Assembly (NCBI GenBank): GCA_000320545.1
Contig: ADNK01001129.1
Coordinates: forward strand, 62,001 to 126,000
Length of the DNA stretch: 64,000 nt
Reading direction: 5' to 3'
DNA from: Bigelowiella natans CCMP2755
Taxonomy: Eukaryota; Protista; Cercozoa
Of the stretch, positions 38,082 to 53,100 are shown in pieces; position 1 is the stretch's first letter; each line of letters begins with the position of its first letter. The position numbers and the translations under genes were made by a program. The notes under the pieces are model-generated. The model saw only the letters and a program-made list of their open reading frames with translations. It was not told the origin of the DNA and made no database searches.

Positions 38082-39523
38082 AAATTCGAATTACTCAGCT
38101 TCCGTCGACGATTATTAATTTTATGATAGAGACAAGATGTACATTATCCTTGTTATGTAATATATTGTGATACCAACGAGGCCGACGCTTGCGACAGGCC
38201 AACATGCTGATGTAATTCCATCGGTGGGGAGAGAAAGAGGGTTAGATGTCATTGAAGATAATCATACGGCCGCACGCAAATGCAGCACCGTCATCATAAT
38301 CTATCTTATAAAACCTTGTTCAGGTAGAGCACAATCCAGAAGAACAACGACACGTCCACCGTACGCACCATCTAGTGATGAGGGGGAGGGGAAGAGAGGG
38401 CAGAAGGTACCATGAGGAAGAACCGATCAGGGTGTGACGACCTCCAGACCGTTGCAGGTGGTAGTGCCTCTTGACGATTTTCACCCTGACTCCTCTCTTT
38501 CCACGCTCAGCATTAAACCACCCACAAGATGAGTTCTCCCATCACCCTCATTTCTTCCTTTTCTGACCACGAACGAGAGGCATGATGTGCATGTCGCGTG
38601 ACGTGATAGCACTCACGCTCTGTGTTTTCACTACCGAGAATGCTGCGGTGTAGGTCTTGACGTTTGGAAGTGCCAATACCTATCCATCAAAGGGAGGGAA
38701 TTGCAGGAAGCGGCACACCATATTTATTGAATGGAAGCTGCGGCCTATCACCCCCTCCCACGCATGTTACCATCCAATCACATACCTGCGAGAAAGGCAC
38801 ACCTCCGTTGGGACTAGACGGGAGCTGAAAAGGACCTTTGTTGTTGTATTTGCGAGTGTTCGTGTGTACATGTGTACGTGTGTGTGTGTGTGTGTGTGCG
38901 AGCGTATCCTCAGCAGCAGAATCGTAAGCAATATCACGAAGAGCGCACCCTCATTCACCAACAATAGCCCCACCTATTTCCTACTACCTTCTTGCAACAA
39001 CAGCAGTTGGCATAAAGCAACCAATATGATGAACAACGCCGGTACTAACAGCATCGGCATTAATGCCCTTGAGCCCTGCGAGGAGGAACGATGAAGAGAA
39101 TAGCACCATATGGAGCAGACCGGGAATGTGATAAGAGTGTAACAAACACACAAACACAACACCAAAAACAATAACAACAAACAACAAGTGACGCGAGAGG
39201 GGGAAGTGGTAGGGAGGTTCTCATATTCCTTTTACTCCTACTACTAGCACCTCCTCCTTCGCCAAGAGCGAGGCAAGCCCAAGACCGATCAGGTTTCCCA
39301 CCTACAAAAAAGGAAAGATGATTCAGCAATACGACGCGCAGGAGCGCGCGCGTGTGATGCTATTCCAAAAAAAATAGAAACCAAAAAGTAGGCAACGTCG
39401 TTTGTATACATGAACCCCACCACCAGCATTCACGCAAAACCCCACGCCCCCCACGTCACAATGCCTGCTGTAGGTTTCCTCTATCAAGACTAGAACGTGA
39501 TTATTCTCCCTTCACTACTGCTT

Positions 39524-39557
<34 letters not shown>

Positions 39558-39774
39558 CACTGCGTTAGTAGCCCAGATGCCGAATACGGTCCCGTGTGAC
39601 GACGGCTGGAACCACCCAGAAACGATCTGCGAAGGATTCAGAGCAATCAACGAACAATCGACGAGCAGAAGAAGAGAGGAGGCGAAGGAGGGGGAGGAAG
39701 AAGAGGCGGAAAAGGAAGAGCCACGATGGCGACAATGCGGTGACACGGCGAATGATCTCTGAGCTCCTTTGGTG

Positions 39775-39851
<77 letters not shown>

Positions 39852-40742
39852 AACTGCCACTTGATATATACTTCTAATACTGCAATGCTATAGCAACCTT
39901 AACAGTGCACGGCAGCGACGCTGATTGGAAGAGGCCAAATAGGATAATCAAAAGCACATACCTAACAGAAGAGCGCAAGTAGAGAACAAATCCTTTGGGT
40001 GATGATATCACCATAACGATAAGAGTGGACGACGACATATCGAATGCATTATCAACATGCAATATAATCGTCTTGCATCAGCAGGCTCTCCTGCCCCTCC
40101 TACTTATCTATGATGCGTTTGTTGTCTTCGTGTTCTTATTCATTTCTCTACCAGAAATATGCTCCCCCGCTGATTCCCATCGCAGCGCTCAGTGCGAACA
40201 GCATGACGCAGAATGCTGCTCCAAACTATACAGAAGTGAACAATGAGAATGCATTCTTCTAACGGCAACTAAACGACGACCACATATCCTATCCTGCTAC
40301 AGCAGAGCAGAACTCACACAGTTCTGTCTGCCGAACGACAGAATCATCCACTTCATCGTGAACAGATTTTCAACTTCTAAACTCGATGAAACATACAGAA
40401 ATAACAGTATTCCTTCTAATATAGAGTCATCGGTGTTATCACACTCTAAAGTTTTTGAAACGAGAGATGCAGTAGAGATCACTCACCATAGCAAACACAA
40501 GGTGCCGTACAGGATCGAACTGGAAGAGTTTGGGAGGGGGGGAAAGAGGAACAAGAGCATTATAACTTTGCACAAGCAATGTCATGGAGTTCCTGCTTCT
40601 GAGGTGTCATTTATCAGGGTGGAATAGAACACATAAAGCATGTTCTTTTTCTTAAATGGAAAGCGAAGGCATTTGCATGCGCTATTTTGAGTGACCCGCT
40701 CGGCAACGTATCCGTTCAGGATCATACCGACACCGTATGCTG

Positions 40743-40788
<46 letters not shown>

Positions 40789-41389
40789 GTGTGTGTGTGT
40801 GTGTGTGTGTTCATGTGCAGATGGATGAGCGTGGTTTATGCTGTCTCATAACTGCAAAACTAACTTCGATGCCACTATTTACTTCGATGTCAACTCCATT
40901 TCTACATATTTGCTGTCGTTGTGTAAGTAATATACCAAACATTAACAGTGTATCCAGAATCCCAAGAAATCCTCCGCTGAAACCCCAGTTTTCCTCGAGC
41001 TTGGAAAGGGAGGGAAGAGAGCGAAGAAGAAGGAATAAAACAAACACTACGTGCTTATGTGTAACCGTCTCTCTCTTTCTCTCTCCCCCCCCCCCATCCC
41101 CCCCTCTCTCTCTTTCCCCCCATCCACCATTATCTGCCTCTTTTTCAGAATTACCTCTCCATGTGCTGCAGCGAAAGCTTTCCTTGCAATCTGGACATCA
41201 TTTGTAAATGGTTGTCAAATCAGTGTGAACGGTTCCTGCATCATCGGGGAGTTATACTACATGAATTGCGGAATGGCCCAGGAAAGTCAGTAGAAAGTTG
41301 GTGGAGGCTTCATTCCAGAGGTCACGCTCCTTTCTTGTCTTATCATCTTCTGGCCCACAAGATGTAGTCGGTGGATGCACCGTACTCAT
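35960..41389 (-). CDS. MFS sugar-phosphate/glycerol-3-phosphate exchanger (SLC37/OPA family); start uncertain
   Basis: FLLTFLGHSAIH|IARKAF; FLGILDTLLMF|AYGVGMILNGYVAER; GLFQSASLPCTVK|VSGWFQPSSHGTVFGIWATN; SADIGTRSQLAVTATIS|GIVDGTGSGIAALGQ|LAVGFISDTAGWTIIFILIA; acidic dileucine-like tail DEEEISLL..NF*. Confidence 0.88.
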
Positions 41390-41429
41390 CACGTCGACAA
41401 CGCTCCGAAAGGCTAGTGCTGATTAGATT

Positions 41430-42262
41430 TAGAAAACGATCAGAAGTGTCCATGTTTCCTCCAACTCTAGTGTCCTACTATCGATTTAATGACCATCGAT
41501 TCAAGCACCAACGACAAGAAGACGATTCATCCCCTCCCTCCCTGTGGAACCTTGGCAAGCCTCTCGTCGATAACGTCAAGATTGATCACTTCCCTGATCA
41601 CGAAGTCATCCAAATGCCTCACAATCTTGCGACAACGAAGGATGTATGTCGCAATATTTAAATTTACTTTTACATTGTGAACCAAAATGAGATCCTTTTA
41701 CATCCTGCGACAATATCAGTTGAAGCTCGGCTTGGGGGTGGCGTTCGGTTCCAGGAAAGAAAGAATGGACCCAGAGAAATCCATGCATGTGAGGGTTTTC
41801 ATGTTACCGCAGATAGAAAATTGTCGTCAAATGCACACAGATCTGGTAAAGAGCGTCAGGAGGTTTACCGGTATTGGCCCGGAGAAGAAGAGAAAGAAGC
41901 ACTGGAAGAGGTGATGAAAGTGCTAGGTCAACGCTCCGAAGTGCGAAACGAGAGAGTTCTCTGAACTTGGAATTTTGACGTTTATCTGTCGTAATTGTAA
42001 AATATCCTGCGTTTTGGAATTTTTTAAAAGAATTTTCATCTATTGGCTGCAATTAGAGATTTGCATCTGTCTGCAGCCCCACCCTCCAGTACTGCTCTCA
42101 TATACACCTACTTCCTTTGCTCCTTTGACACAATACGAGCTGTACGCCAGTCCAACCATTTCTTTTGGTAATAACGTGTGACCTAAGTATGCGTACCGCG
42201 AGATCTACTCATTGAGTTTCTCCCTTGGTGCTATCCCCTTCCGAAGGCCTTCCTTCTTTCAT
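41430..42262 (-). CDS. Possible small spliced orphan gene, or 5' extension of the MFS gene
   Basis: Exon-like pieces with GT donors: FRELSRFALRSVDLALSSPLPVLLSLLLRANT| and IATYILRCRKIVRHLDDFVIREVINLDVIDERLAK|. Model unresolved. Confidence 0.3.
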
Positions 42263-42558
42263 GCGGAATGTATGATTGGAGAGACGTCGTTGACATCATT
42301 ATGTGTATGAAGTGGAGTGATTGCTCTATTTTGGCTAGAAGTAACATATGGTTGCACTTGTTTTACAATTCTCTCTCTCTCTCTGCTTGTCCAAAAAATG
42401 ATTGCTCTTCTTTCTTACACTTATTACCACTAAGAGGCTTCACACCATATTGACTTATTTCGAAACTCTGTTTGCAGACGCAGGCTATCAGACTCCGTGG
42501 CCCAGGCGCGCGACACAAGTAGCTCGCAGTGACACGCGCGTGAGTCTGAGGAGGCAGG

Positions 42559-44282
42559 ATGGAGAACATCCAGGCTTCGGGCCATTATGACCTCGAGCTT
42601 AGCTTGTTCCTTGGAAATCCGATGGTTGTCTCGGAACTTTACTTCGAGTCGTTAACGGACGCTGGGATAAAGCGGCTGCTCAATCGTGGCAATAAGCAGC
42701 AGCCGCAGAATAGCCCTACCTCTTCGTCTGATCTGACGAGGAGCGTCACGCACATCCAACAGATAGAGAACCTGGAGGCGCTACTTAGGCCGAGCCCACC
42801 CCAGTTCCTATCGCCCGACTCAGTGCGAGGCCAGGTAGGCTCCCACGGACGCTTAAAGGAAACCTTATTTGAGAACTTTTACCACAAACGGCTTGCTGTG
42901 CTTCGGAGTCTTCTCCACTCCAACGCAAAGATGATCAAGTACGTGGAAAAAGGCCGCCGATACTCTTCTTGTCACGGTCAGAGGGGGGCAAGGCAAGGAG
43001 GAGGGGGGATTGGGGGCAGCGGCCTCTCTACAACGCATCGTAGTCCACCGAAGATCCACCCTATTCTCCGTTGGGGACTTCTGTCCATGTTTCCCTTGAT
43101 TGACTCAATCAGTACGCGTGATCCAAAACTCAAATCGCGCATCCTCAAGATCCTTATTCAGGTTGTTCAAAATAGCAGGCAGAAAGCAATCACAGATCCA
43201 CCATATAATGTTTCACAATTTCTGTCATGCTCTTCGCAAACTTCCAGGTACTGAAAACGTCTCCGCCGCTGTCACTGGCTGACGAACCGGAGGAAACATG
43301 GGATGAGATGGTGTCGTTGCTAATGTCACCATCCTCCTCTTCTCCTTCCTCAGATTCAAGTTCCAGTGAAGTGATAAGCGCATTGTTGGGCCTTGCCTTG
43401 CAGCGTGGTTCACTGCGACATATTCTGGCCGCTCTTTGTCCAATTTTTGAGCGTATTGACGAACCTCTGGCGCTTGACGTGGAGCCGTACGTCGAGGCCC
43501 TCGAAAGCTATGGGGAGGACACAAACAGCCTCTCCGTCATGCATGAGTAAGACAATAACGACAGATAATTATAGTAATAATAATGATAATAATAATAATA
43601 AAATAATAATGAAAATAATAATAATAATAATTGCAATAAAATGAAGAAGAGGGGAAGAAACGACGACTCACCACAAAATACATGAGAGATCTCTTTTTAC
43701 ACCTCTTCATCATCATAGGTACTCCCTTGTCGGTAGTTGGTTCCACCAAATTCCATGGGCGGTCTCCCAACGACCGAACTCGGAAGAGGCGGCACGTTAT
43801 GGTGCGGTTGCGGGGTCGGGGCCCTACGTGTTCATTCACAACAGCTACGGCCTGATTAAGGTTGGGACGGGATCTAATGGCACCATTCGCGGTCAGATTT
43901 ACGCGTACAATTCCAATACACACCGGAAGGAACAAGGCTGGCTGGTGGAGATCGGTCAATACTTATACTTTCGCTCGACGAAGATGCGTGGCCTGGCGCA
44001 GCGGTACTCAGCAGATACACTTGCTGAGTCCGGTATTGTGCGCATCGTTGATTCTTCTTCTTCCTCTTCCCATTCGTCCTCCTCTTCTTCACGGCCGGGA
44101 TATAAGTTGGAGAATGGCAGAGGAAATAGAACAGGTAGAAGACACCGTAAACGCAACGGTGATTGTGATGCGGAACAGCACAGAGGGGGGCGCTGGGAGA
44201 AAGTAATGGTGTTGAGAGAGGAACTGGTTGAGGAGAGGAACGAAGCGAAAATATCTTGCAAGATGTGACACACACACATACA

Positions 44283-44319
<37 letters not shown>

Positions 44320-47300
44320 AGACGTATACGTGTGCACACACGCACACCATCTCTGTCCGTTGTATCCTTGCCGTCATTTTTCGTGATAAAGGCCTCGAGG
44401 ACAATCCAGTCTACTACCAAATGACATCCGAAGGCCGCTTCCTCTACCTCTTAATGCCGCTCCCCCACCCCCTCCATCGCGAGAGCCACGATTATGTGAT
44501 AGACGTTTTCCACGTGCGGGGCCTTGAAGCACACGTTATACGTCGCATATCGCTCCCAAGTGGCTGGACACAGTAAGCATGATTTTCCTACTCGTTTTCC
44601 TCACCAAGCACCTTGATGTGATTCCATCGTCCAACGAATACGAGCATTGTGAAGCTCCCTGCGCAGCAGCACTGTCGTCGATTTATCCCTTCCCTTCATC
44701 TCTACGTGCGTGATACAGATTCCCCGTGACGCGGCGCGACGAGAAGTCGGAGGAGGAGCGGCGCAGCCAGTACCACTACTACGTCGGCCAGAAGGTTGAC
44801 GCGAAGGACTCAGTGAACAAATGGTGCCCCGCCACCGTCGTGCAGGTCTCGCCGTGCCGTGTACTGCTGCACTACGATGGCTGGAGCTCCAAATGGGACG
44901 AATGGTTCGAAATTGACTCGGCGAGACTCGCGGCCTTCGGAAAACACACGCATGCTTCCGGCACCGCGACCGCAGCTAAGGACGCCGATGTGAGCGAGGG
45001 AGAGGGGGGTGGGGTGGGGGAGAGAGAGTTGTAGTCCTCTTCTCCCCCTCCCTTTTTTTATCTCAAAATGTTTTTGCCATCATATATCTATCTATCTATC
45101 TATCTATCTATCTACCCCATGACAAGGAGGAAATAGTGTTCGGCGGCATGTGGTTGACTGCACTCGTTTGTTGCTTCCTTACCACGATGATGATGACGAT
45201 GATGATGATAATGATGATGATTTTCCCCTCTCCGTATCCTCGTAGCACCTGTACGACGTCGCCAACTTCTCCCTCCTCCTTCTCATTATTAGGTCCAATG
45301 GTCGTTTCTGAATGTAGAGGACGATGGCAAGCTCGGAGGACCTCATTCTCCACCTATAATAGGCAGCACGAATACCAACTTTTCCTTCTATTCGTCCTCG
45401 TCGTTGTCCTCTATTGCACCCTCTCCAGCGCCGTCATCGCCTCTACGTCAGCAAGCACCATCACCACACGCCTCGACCTCCTATTCGCCAGCCGACTCCA
45501 GGCAACACCATCAGCAGGAGAATAATGGGTACTTCCTATAAAACCGAGGGAGGCCAAGCAGGGGGAGGGTAGAGAGAGACAGAGTGATATTTTCGTCTAG
45601 AAAGTTTGTGTTGCGATTTTGTTGGTTAATCATGCTGTATCTCTGCACGCACTTACCAGGGGTGTGGACGAAAAGGGGGGAGGAGGCGGTGACGCCCGCC
45701 GAAACCAGAGAAACCGTCAGCGCCGTGGAGCACACGTAACCTCTTCATCGTCTTCTTCTCCGATTGTCGAAAGGGGGGAGCAGCAGCGCCCGAAATGGCG
45801 GCCGTACCCCCCCCACATCATCACACAGATTGAGAGGATGTACCAGGGCGGCGTTAAGCGGCCCTTCAACATTCGCGTCGGGCAGAGCGAGTTTGTGATC
45901 GACCTATCGAGCATGGCGCAGGTGGATCTTGTCACCGGCCATCGCACACGTATACGCCGCTCCGACCCTCACATGTCCAACGCGTTTGCTTTCCTCGAGG
46001 ACGTGCACATCTACTGCACCGGCTGCCAGCTCGTTGCTGTCATTCCGCCGCAGGTGCCGCCCAATATGGGGAAGAAGACGATACAGCGTGTCTTCTCATT
46101 AGACGACCACGGCGCGTGGCGGGGCGACCGGACGCTGCATCTTGACTGGGTAGGTTAGGAGTAGTAGGTGGAAGATGCGTGAGCAAGATCACGACAGATG
46201 ATGACGATGGTTGTGATGCTGATGCTGTGATAATGTTGCCGAAGGAGAATGTGAAAAGTACTAAGTATCAACAAGGAGGGGCTGGGAAGAGAAGAGAGAG
46301 AGAGAAAAAGAGAGGAGAGAGCACACATCTTTCCCTTGAATGTCGTTGTCACTATTAAAAACTCCCTTCATTCCACCATATTAACATAAGGTGTCGGGGA
46401 TGTTCTACGACCATAAAAGCAACCTGCTCTGGGCGTACCGCTCGTCTCTGCAATCTCTGTGCGCATCGACGAACAACGGCCAGATCCACGATATTTTCCG
46501 AACCGGAGAGATCCCAGTCGACGACCTCTCCACGGCCCAGCCATCCTCCCTACCGCCGTATTTAGCCACACCTGGCGACAAGAAACGATTCGCTTTCACC
46601 CAGCAGCAAAGCCACATACCGTCAGGTTTCCCTCCATACTCCCCCACCTCCTCCTCTTCTAGGACGTCTACGCTATTGCCATCGCTCGAGGTGCTCAACC
46701 GCGTGTTTAAGCGGCTGAGTCTCTATGCCAGGGTTAAGGGCCGTGGGAAGCAGCCTACCGCTATGGCTTCCTCAACCAGCGAGGGCATGCTTCAGCCTTT
46801 CTGTATCGACGTGCACGCGGAGACCTTCGATCACATACACTCCATCCTCGTGTACTGCACGGCGTTTCTGCGCCGCCACGTCAAGCAGAGGATGAATCGC
46901 GGTGAGAAAGGCAATGGCAAGGGGGAGCCCCGCAGAAGCAGAAGTAGTAGTAGTAGTAGGAGTAGTGGTACCAACGGTGAAGAAGAGAAAGAGAAAGAGA
47001 GGAAATGGAATAATCTTAGCACGATGGTTACGGGCAAATCCGAGCGGCGAGCTAAGGATTCTTCACGAGTGCTGAGCGTGGTTGATACGCTGCTGTACGT
47101 GCTGGAGCTGCTGGAGACCAACCTGCGATTCCTCAAGATTGATGATCTAGACGCCATCATCTCGACGAGCACTAGTAGTACCACAATTGGTAGTGGTAGT
47201 GGTGGTGAGACTGGTATGAGTCACCTTGACAGTATAGGCAAGGAGTCGATTAAGATCGTCCAGGTGCTTGGGAAGGTATAGTGCTATGTTGCGACTTATC

Positions 47301-49105
47301 GCGATGATTCAAGCAAGTTTACGCACCGTAGCTCCTTGTTGCTGTTGCCGCCACTTCTGCACGATTTCATGCGTAACGTTTCTGAAACACATCAGGTGCG
47401 CGAAAAGCTCGAGAATCTCCGCGAGTTCAGCCAGAATATTACTTCTGACTGTGACGACGAGGATGAGGCCAAGAGCACAGATTCGGCGACTAGATCCCGT
47501 ACCTCATCTCCTTTGAGTGATGATGCCAGATTTCGTTCGAGAGCAAATTGGCTGAGCGATAGAGTCGCTAAGTGCCTGGTCATAGATAATTGCGATCATG
47601 GCTTCATGTTCACCTCATGAGATAGATCATAATCTTTTATCTAACAATGCAGTAGGGGGGGGGGGGATAGAGTAGTAATTGTATTGGTGGAAGGGGGGGG
47701 ATGAGGCCATGTCTCTCCATCTTTGATGACGGTTTCGATGACGATGACGATGATATAATATGATATGATATGTACTACAGATGGCTGGTTGTAGATTTTT
47801 CTATCCGACTCCAAAGGTAACATTCGCCGTCGACTCAATTTCGCAATCTTTGCTTCTTTCTGTTACTGCCCTCTTTCATCACTATCACCATTTTATTAAA
47901 TAAATGATGCTTTTTCCTATCTGACGCAGCACATGAGGGAAGTCATCTTGGCACAGCTCCATAGCCGAGAGGCCGATGGAAAGCAACGAGGGGCAAGTGC
48001 GTTGACATTATCAAAGCGTCGGCGACGAAAGGAGGTTGCAACATCTGCGCGCGTGTATTAATGCGATTATGCATGCGTCTGGGCGAAATATTCGTGTTAT
48101 CTTCATGCGTGGTTTAATGCATTCATAGATTGATGTGTGTGTGTGTGTGTGTGTACAAAGACGTCAATGATAATGATGGGATAATGATAATGATGATAAC
48201 ATTTAGTTACTGCTGGATCTTCTGGCCGATAACGCGCAGCTCGTGGCCCTTGTTGACTCGCCGGTAGTATTAATAACTAGTGGGCAGCTGCAGATTGGAG
48301 TGGTGGTGTAAAAAGAGTAGTGCTGCTACCATTGAAACCTTTTACTGAACTACCATTACTCCACATGAAGGAATCTCCTAGCTTTCGTTCAATATTTATG
48401 TTGTCCTCATCCTCATCATTCACTTTGTCTCCATCGTTGTCGCCATAGCCCTTGCCCTCCTCCTCCTCCTCCTCCTCCTCCTCCTCCTCCTGACCTCTTC
48501 TCACGATCGCCATTTCTAACAATCTGCAGAGCGACTTGATGGTAGTCGTAGAGGCGCTGGTGGCCAACGAAGCCAACAACGCACTCGAACGCTTAGTTGG
48601 TGCTGCCGCGAAGAAGGCTGCAATGCCGCCACGGACCAAATTCCAAGGTCAAGGTAAGAATTCGGGAGCGGCCGCAGGTGACGACAAGCAACGGAAACCG
48701 AAGAAACAGAGGATGCATCTCCTCTCGCCTACCCTCCGGCTGCTAACCAAGCTCCAGCTCTTTTACCTCACAAGAATCAGCGAGATTGCCCGCCGAACGA
48801 CCACAAGCAACACTCGTAGCGTCTTCGGAAGTAATGGGGAGCATCCTCCCCCCCTTCCGCCTCAGCACCAGCACGTTCTTCGGTACATATCAATTCTATC
48901 CGCTGGATGTGTCCAGCTTTTCGATGCTGCCACCGCAGCAGCAGCAGCAGCAGCATTAGAAGCAGCAAAGGAGGAGGAGAAGGAAGAAGATAGTGGAAAG
49001 ACAGCGAGGAGGAGAAAAAAGAAGAGAAAGTCGATGATGGTAAGCGAGAGTCATCACAACATACTTCACTAAATCAAACAAGTACATGCATTTACACACA
49101 CCCAT

Positions 49106-49147
<42 letters not shown>

Positions 49148-49531
49148 ATCAATTATGTTCATACAAACAGCGTGGAGTGGACGCGATCTTGCGGTCATCG
49201 ATTCCCGGTGTGCTTGTGCAGCCCCTGGTAGCGTTTCTAGGCTCCTACCCACAGTTTTTCATCCAGCTAAGAGCGACGCATGCGGAGCTCACGAATCTCA
49301 TCAAGAGAGTGGATAGATACAACGGGGCTCTCAGAGAGGCGGGACTTCTTGGGGGCGGGGAAAGCGAAAACGCATTCGAGCCTGCGAAGCAGGAGGTAGG
49401 AGGGTCCTTGGCACCGGACAGAAATGAACGCTTTTGAGAGAGAACGAGAGAGAGAGGGGGGGGGGGAGAGAGGATATGCGTATTCTATGAAAGGAGAACT
49501 TTTGAGATATATGCACCACCACACTTTTCCC

Positions 49532-49574
<43 letters not shown>

Positions 49575-50078
49575 AGAGAGAGGCCGAATACTAGAAGAAA
49601 TTCCCTCCTGAATCCATAACATAACTCTACGCGCACGTTCCTAATCATCTGTCTTTACCGCCTCCCACCACCACATCTACACGCAGATCCAGACGAAGGT
49701 CATCGAGTCATCGCATCCCTACGCCAAGGGTACCATCGACCAAAACCTCGAAATCCCCGGCGCTTTGTACATGACAATCGAGTTTGATGAGCGGTGTTGC
49801 TCGCGCAACTCCAATGATGCCCTGAAGATAAGCCGGCCTTTTCCCCGCTGGCAATTCGTCGCGTACGGTGCACCAGGACAACACCATCATGCCAATTGGC
49901 CGATAGGGCGAAATCGTCGCCTGGTTCGCGTTCGCGGGAACAGTCTGAGCTTCTTCTGGAATGTCGAGAAGGATGACAAAAAGAACAAGGAAAACAGCTG
50001 GGGATTTCGATGTACCGTCTATGGCTATGTGCCCAACTGCCAACCGCCCAAAACCAGGACCACGAAGGCGGAAAGTGG

Positions 50079-50111
<33 letters not shown>

Positions 50112-53100
50112 CCAAATAGATGGGCTGTCGTCGTCACAGGAAGGAGAAGCGGAGGGATTTGAGGAGTCTCTGCTACCGTGGAGCGTCGACTTAGAGCTCA
50201 GCCTTGCTCTGTCCATAGGAGCGGTCATCAGCTCCTTGATTCGGAAACCGATGATGACGATGATGATGATGCCGAGATTAGTGGTAGAACCGCCGCCCAT
50301 GCCTTCGGTTTCGCAAGCACACCAGCCGGGTATTGTCGGTGGTGGTGGTGGTGGTGGTGGTGGTGGTGGCGGCTTATTGTCGTTCTCAACCCCCTCTCCC
50401 AGCGCGTTCACATCGCCATATACATCTACCGTCGGCGGCGGTCTACCGTCTTCTTACACCACAACAGCTCCAAGTCTTCTTAATAACAGCAACGCCACAA
50501 AGATGATGATGCTGTCGTCTGAGAGCGAAGTAGCAGCGATGGTTGATCTTAGGCTCCTCAGCACCGACAGCCTCTCAGCAACACCCAGCACCGGCAATAA
50601 AGCGACGGGCAACGGCTCCTCCCTGCTGGCAAAAATTCTAGGCGGCGTGGCAGCCACGACAGTTGAGAGACTGTGCAAAAGCGTGCAGGCATCCACGTGT
50701 TCCGTGCGGCGACCACAGATGAATAGGCAGATGAAGGCCGCGTTGAAGCCGGCCGAGGATGCCATGCTCGCCTGCCTCCTCGTTCACACCAAGACCGATA
50801 GGTGGGCGAGGAGGGCGGTGCAGCTGCTCAGCAATAAGGATGATGATGATGATGATGACGACGATGTTGACCCGAAGGGGAGGCGGGGGGAGATCGCAGC
50901 CATCCTGTCACGGCTCGCCCCCATTTGGGAGAGTATGCACGCAATGTTAACGTGGATGATGCTCGAGTCGCAACTGGCCAAGCGTTGGCACCTCCTCGTC
51001 GACGCCGTTGTCTCCTCCTGTTCTTTCATTGGAGCGGGGGAACAGAAGCACGGAGATGGTGGGGATGGTTATCAGAACAAGATGGCGACGGATGTGAAGA
51101 CGAAAGGAAACAGTGGAGTTGGTGGCAGCAGATCTAGCGGTATCTTGGACGCCGTGCAGCTGGGCGAGGCTGTAAGTAGGGAACTCAAAGGCGAGAGCAA
51201 TCAAACCTTGCGAGAATTAGCGACAATGCAGAATCTGATTGAGGAGGGGAGTGTTAGTGGAAACGATGCTAACGATGATACCATTCTCCAAGCACTAACC
51301 AGGAAGGCAACCGACGATGCTTTCGAGGAAATTACGAGGCGGAGAAGAGTAGTCAAAGCATGCCGCAGCAGCACCAACAGCAACAAAAATAATACACATA
51401 CACGCAATATATATTTTTATATTTATATATTTATATATATATTTATATTTATATATTTTATTTACATCTTTATAGATACTAGACCCTACTTCCGCATTGT
51501 GTATCGTTTGACTCTCTCCATGTCAACAGATGACGCGCTCGCAGGCTCCACCAGGCGTGAGCAAGCTGGAGAGGAAGAGGAAAGAAGGAAAACATAAACA
51601 TGCAGCAGGAGAAAAGCACGCCACAGAGACTACAGCTGCAACGACTACTACATCGTCATCTTCTTCGTCTTTCCTCTCCTCCCCCCCCCCTGGGTTTATA
51701 CGTCAGGATAGTGTGCCGACCGCCTCTGGAGCTACAACGAGCACCTTCCTGAGCGATATTAGCGAGAAGGTGGCGGAGGTGGCAGCCTTACTGGTTACTT
51801 GCTGCCTCAACAACAACAACTCCGAGGACGACGACTGCTTCTCCCCCCTCATCTCGGTAGTAGCTCCTCTCTCTAATGAAATGAATTTAATCGATATTCG
51901 CTCAACTATTTCTTGTTCCTCTTTGCCTTCTGATGATGAGGGTGATGGTGATGACGACGAGAAGAAGAAGAAGAGGATGATGATGGTGATGATGGCCAGG
52001 ACGATGATAACAACCAGACAATTTCCCTCCCTCTAACTTTCCTCTCTCCCCGTGCAGATTCCTACCGCTAAGTTGCACAATGATGAGCGCGGTGACACGA
52101 AGGCGCGATGCCGAGAATACGCGGCCCAGCTCATCATCATGGCAGAAATTAGCAGATATTTTCGGTGCGCGGGGCGCGGGCTGATCTCCGCCGGAGCCCT
52201 GCAGCAGATCGCGGCGGCGCGCACTTTGAAGGCGCGAGAGCGCACGCACGCCTACAACGTGACTGCCGGGGTGGTATCGTCCATTTCTGGGCATGCGACG
52301 CGGTATTTGTTCTTGTGCACGCTGCCTTGTCAGCACTACGGAGAGGGCATCAACGGCAGCGCACCGAGTGCTCGGGGAGTTCTGAGGAAAAGCTTTGAGA
52401 AGCTCATCGGAGCGCTTACAGGTCGTCTCGTTTGCTATCTGTGCATGCTGAGAATGATAAATTAATTTGAAAAAAGAACCACCTACGTATTCAAAATTTC
52501 ATCCTTAAACATTGTGTAATCGTAAGTGCCAACTTTCATCACAGGCGTCATATCGTCGACCAATGTGGAGAAGCCATCCGAGCTGCTGCTGCATCGACTC
52601 CTGCTCCATTACTGCATGTTGGGGTATACGCACGATGATGCGACCATTATCGAGAGCGCCCAGCTGCCAAAGGTGCTTCTCCGACTTAGCTCCAAAGCTC
52701 TGCACTCGCGCGCCTTCACCGCTATAAATGGTGATTGCAGCTACAACGACAACCTCAAAGACAGCAAAGATACTACCATTAGTGCTGATGTGAATGACGA
52801 GGAGGACGATGGATACTCCGACTATGAGGAGTGCTTATCGGCCGTCACAGGCGGTAACTTCGTGCAAATGGAGGTGTACGAGTGTCTGGACTGCGGGCTG
52901 AGCAATGGCGAATGCTGCTGCGCTATCTGTGCGCGCAGGTGTCACGCCGGGCACCGCATTAAGTTTAAGCGTCGCTCCAAGGCCTTTTGCGACTGTGGCT
53001 TCATGGAGAACTGCCTTTGCATGAGGGCGTTGAGGCGAAAACGGTGCCGTGAAGAGCAGGTTGTTCTAGCTCGGTTGGGCATGATCATTTTCCGCGCGCT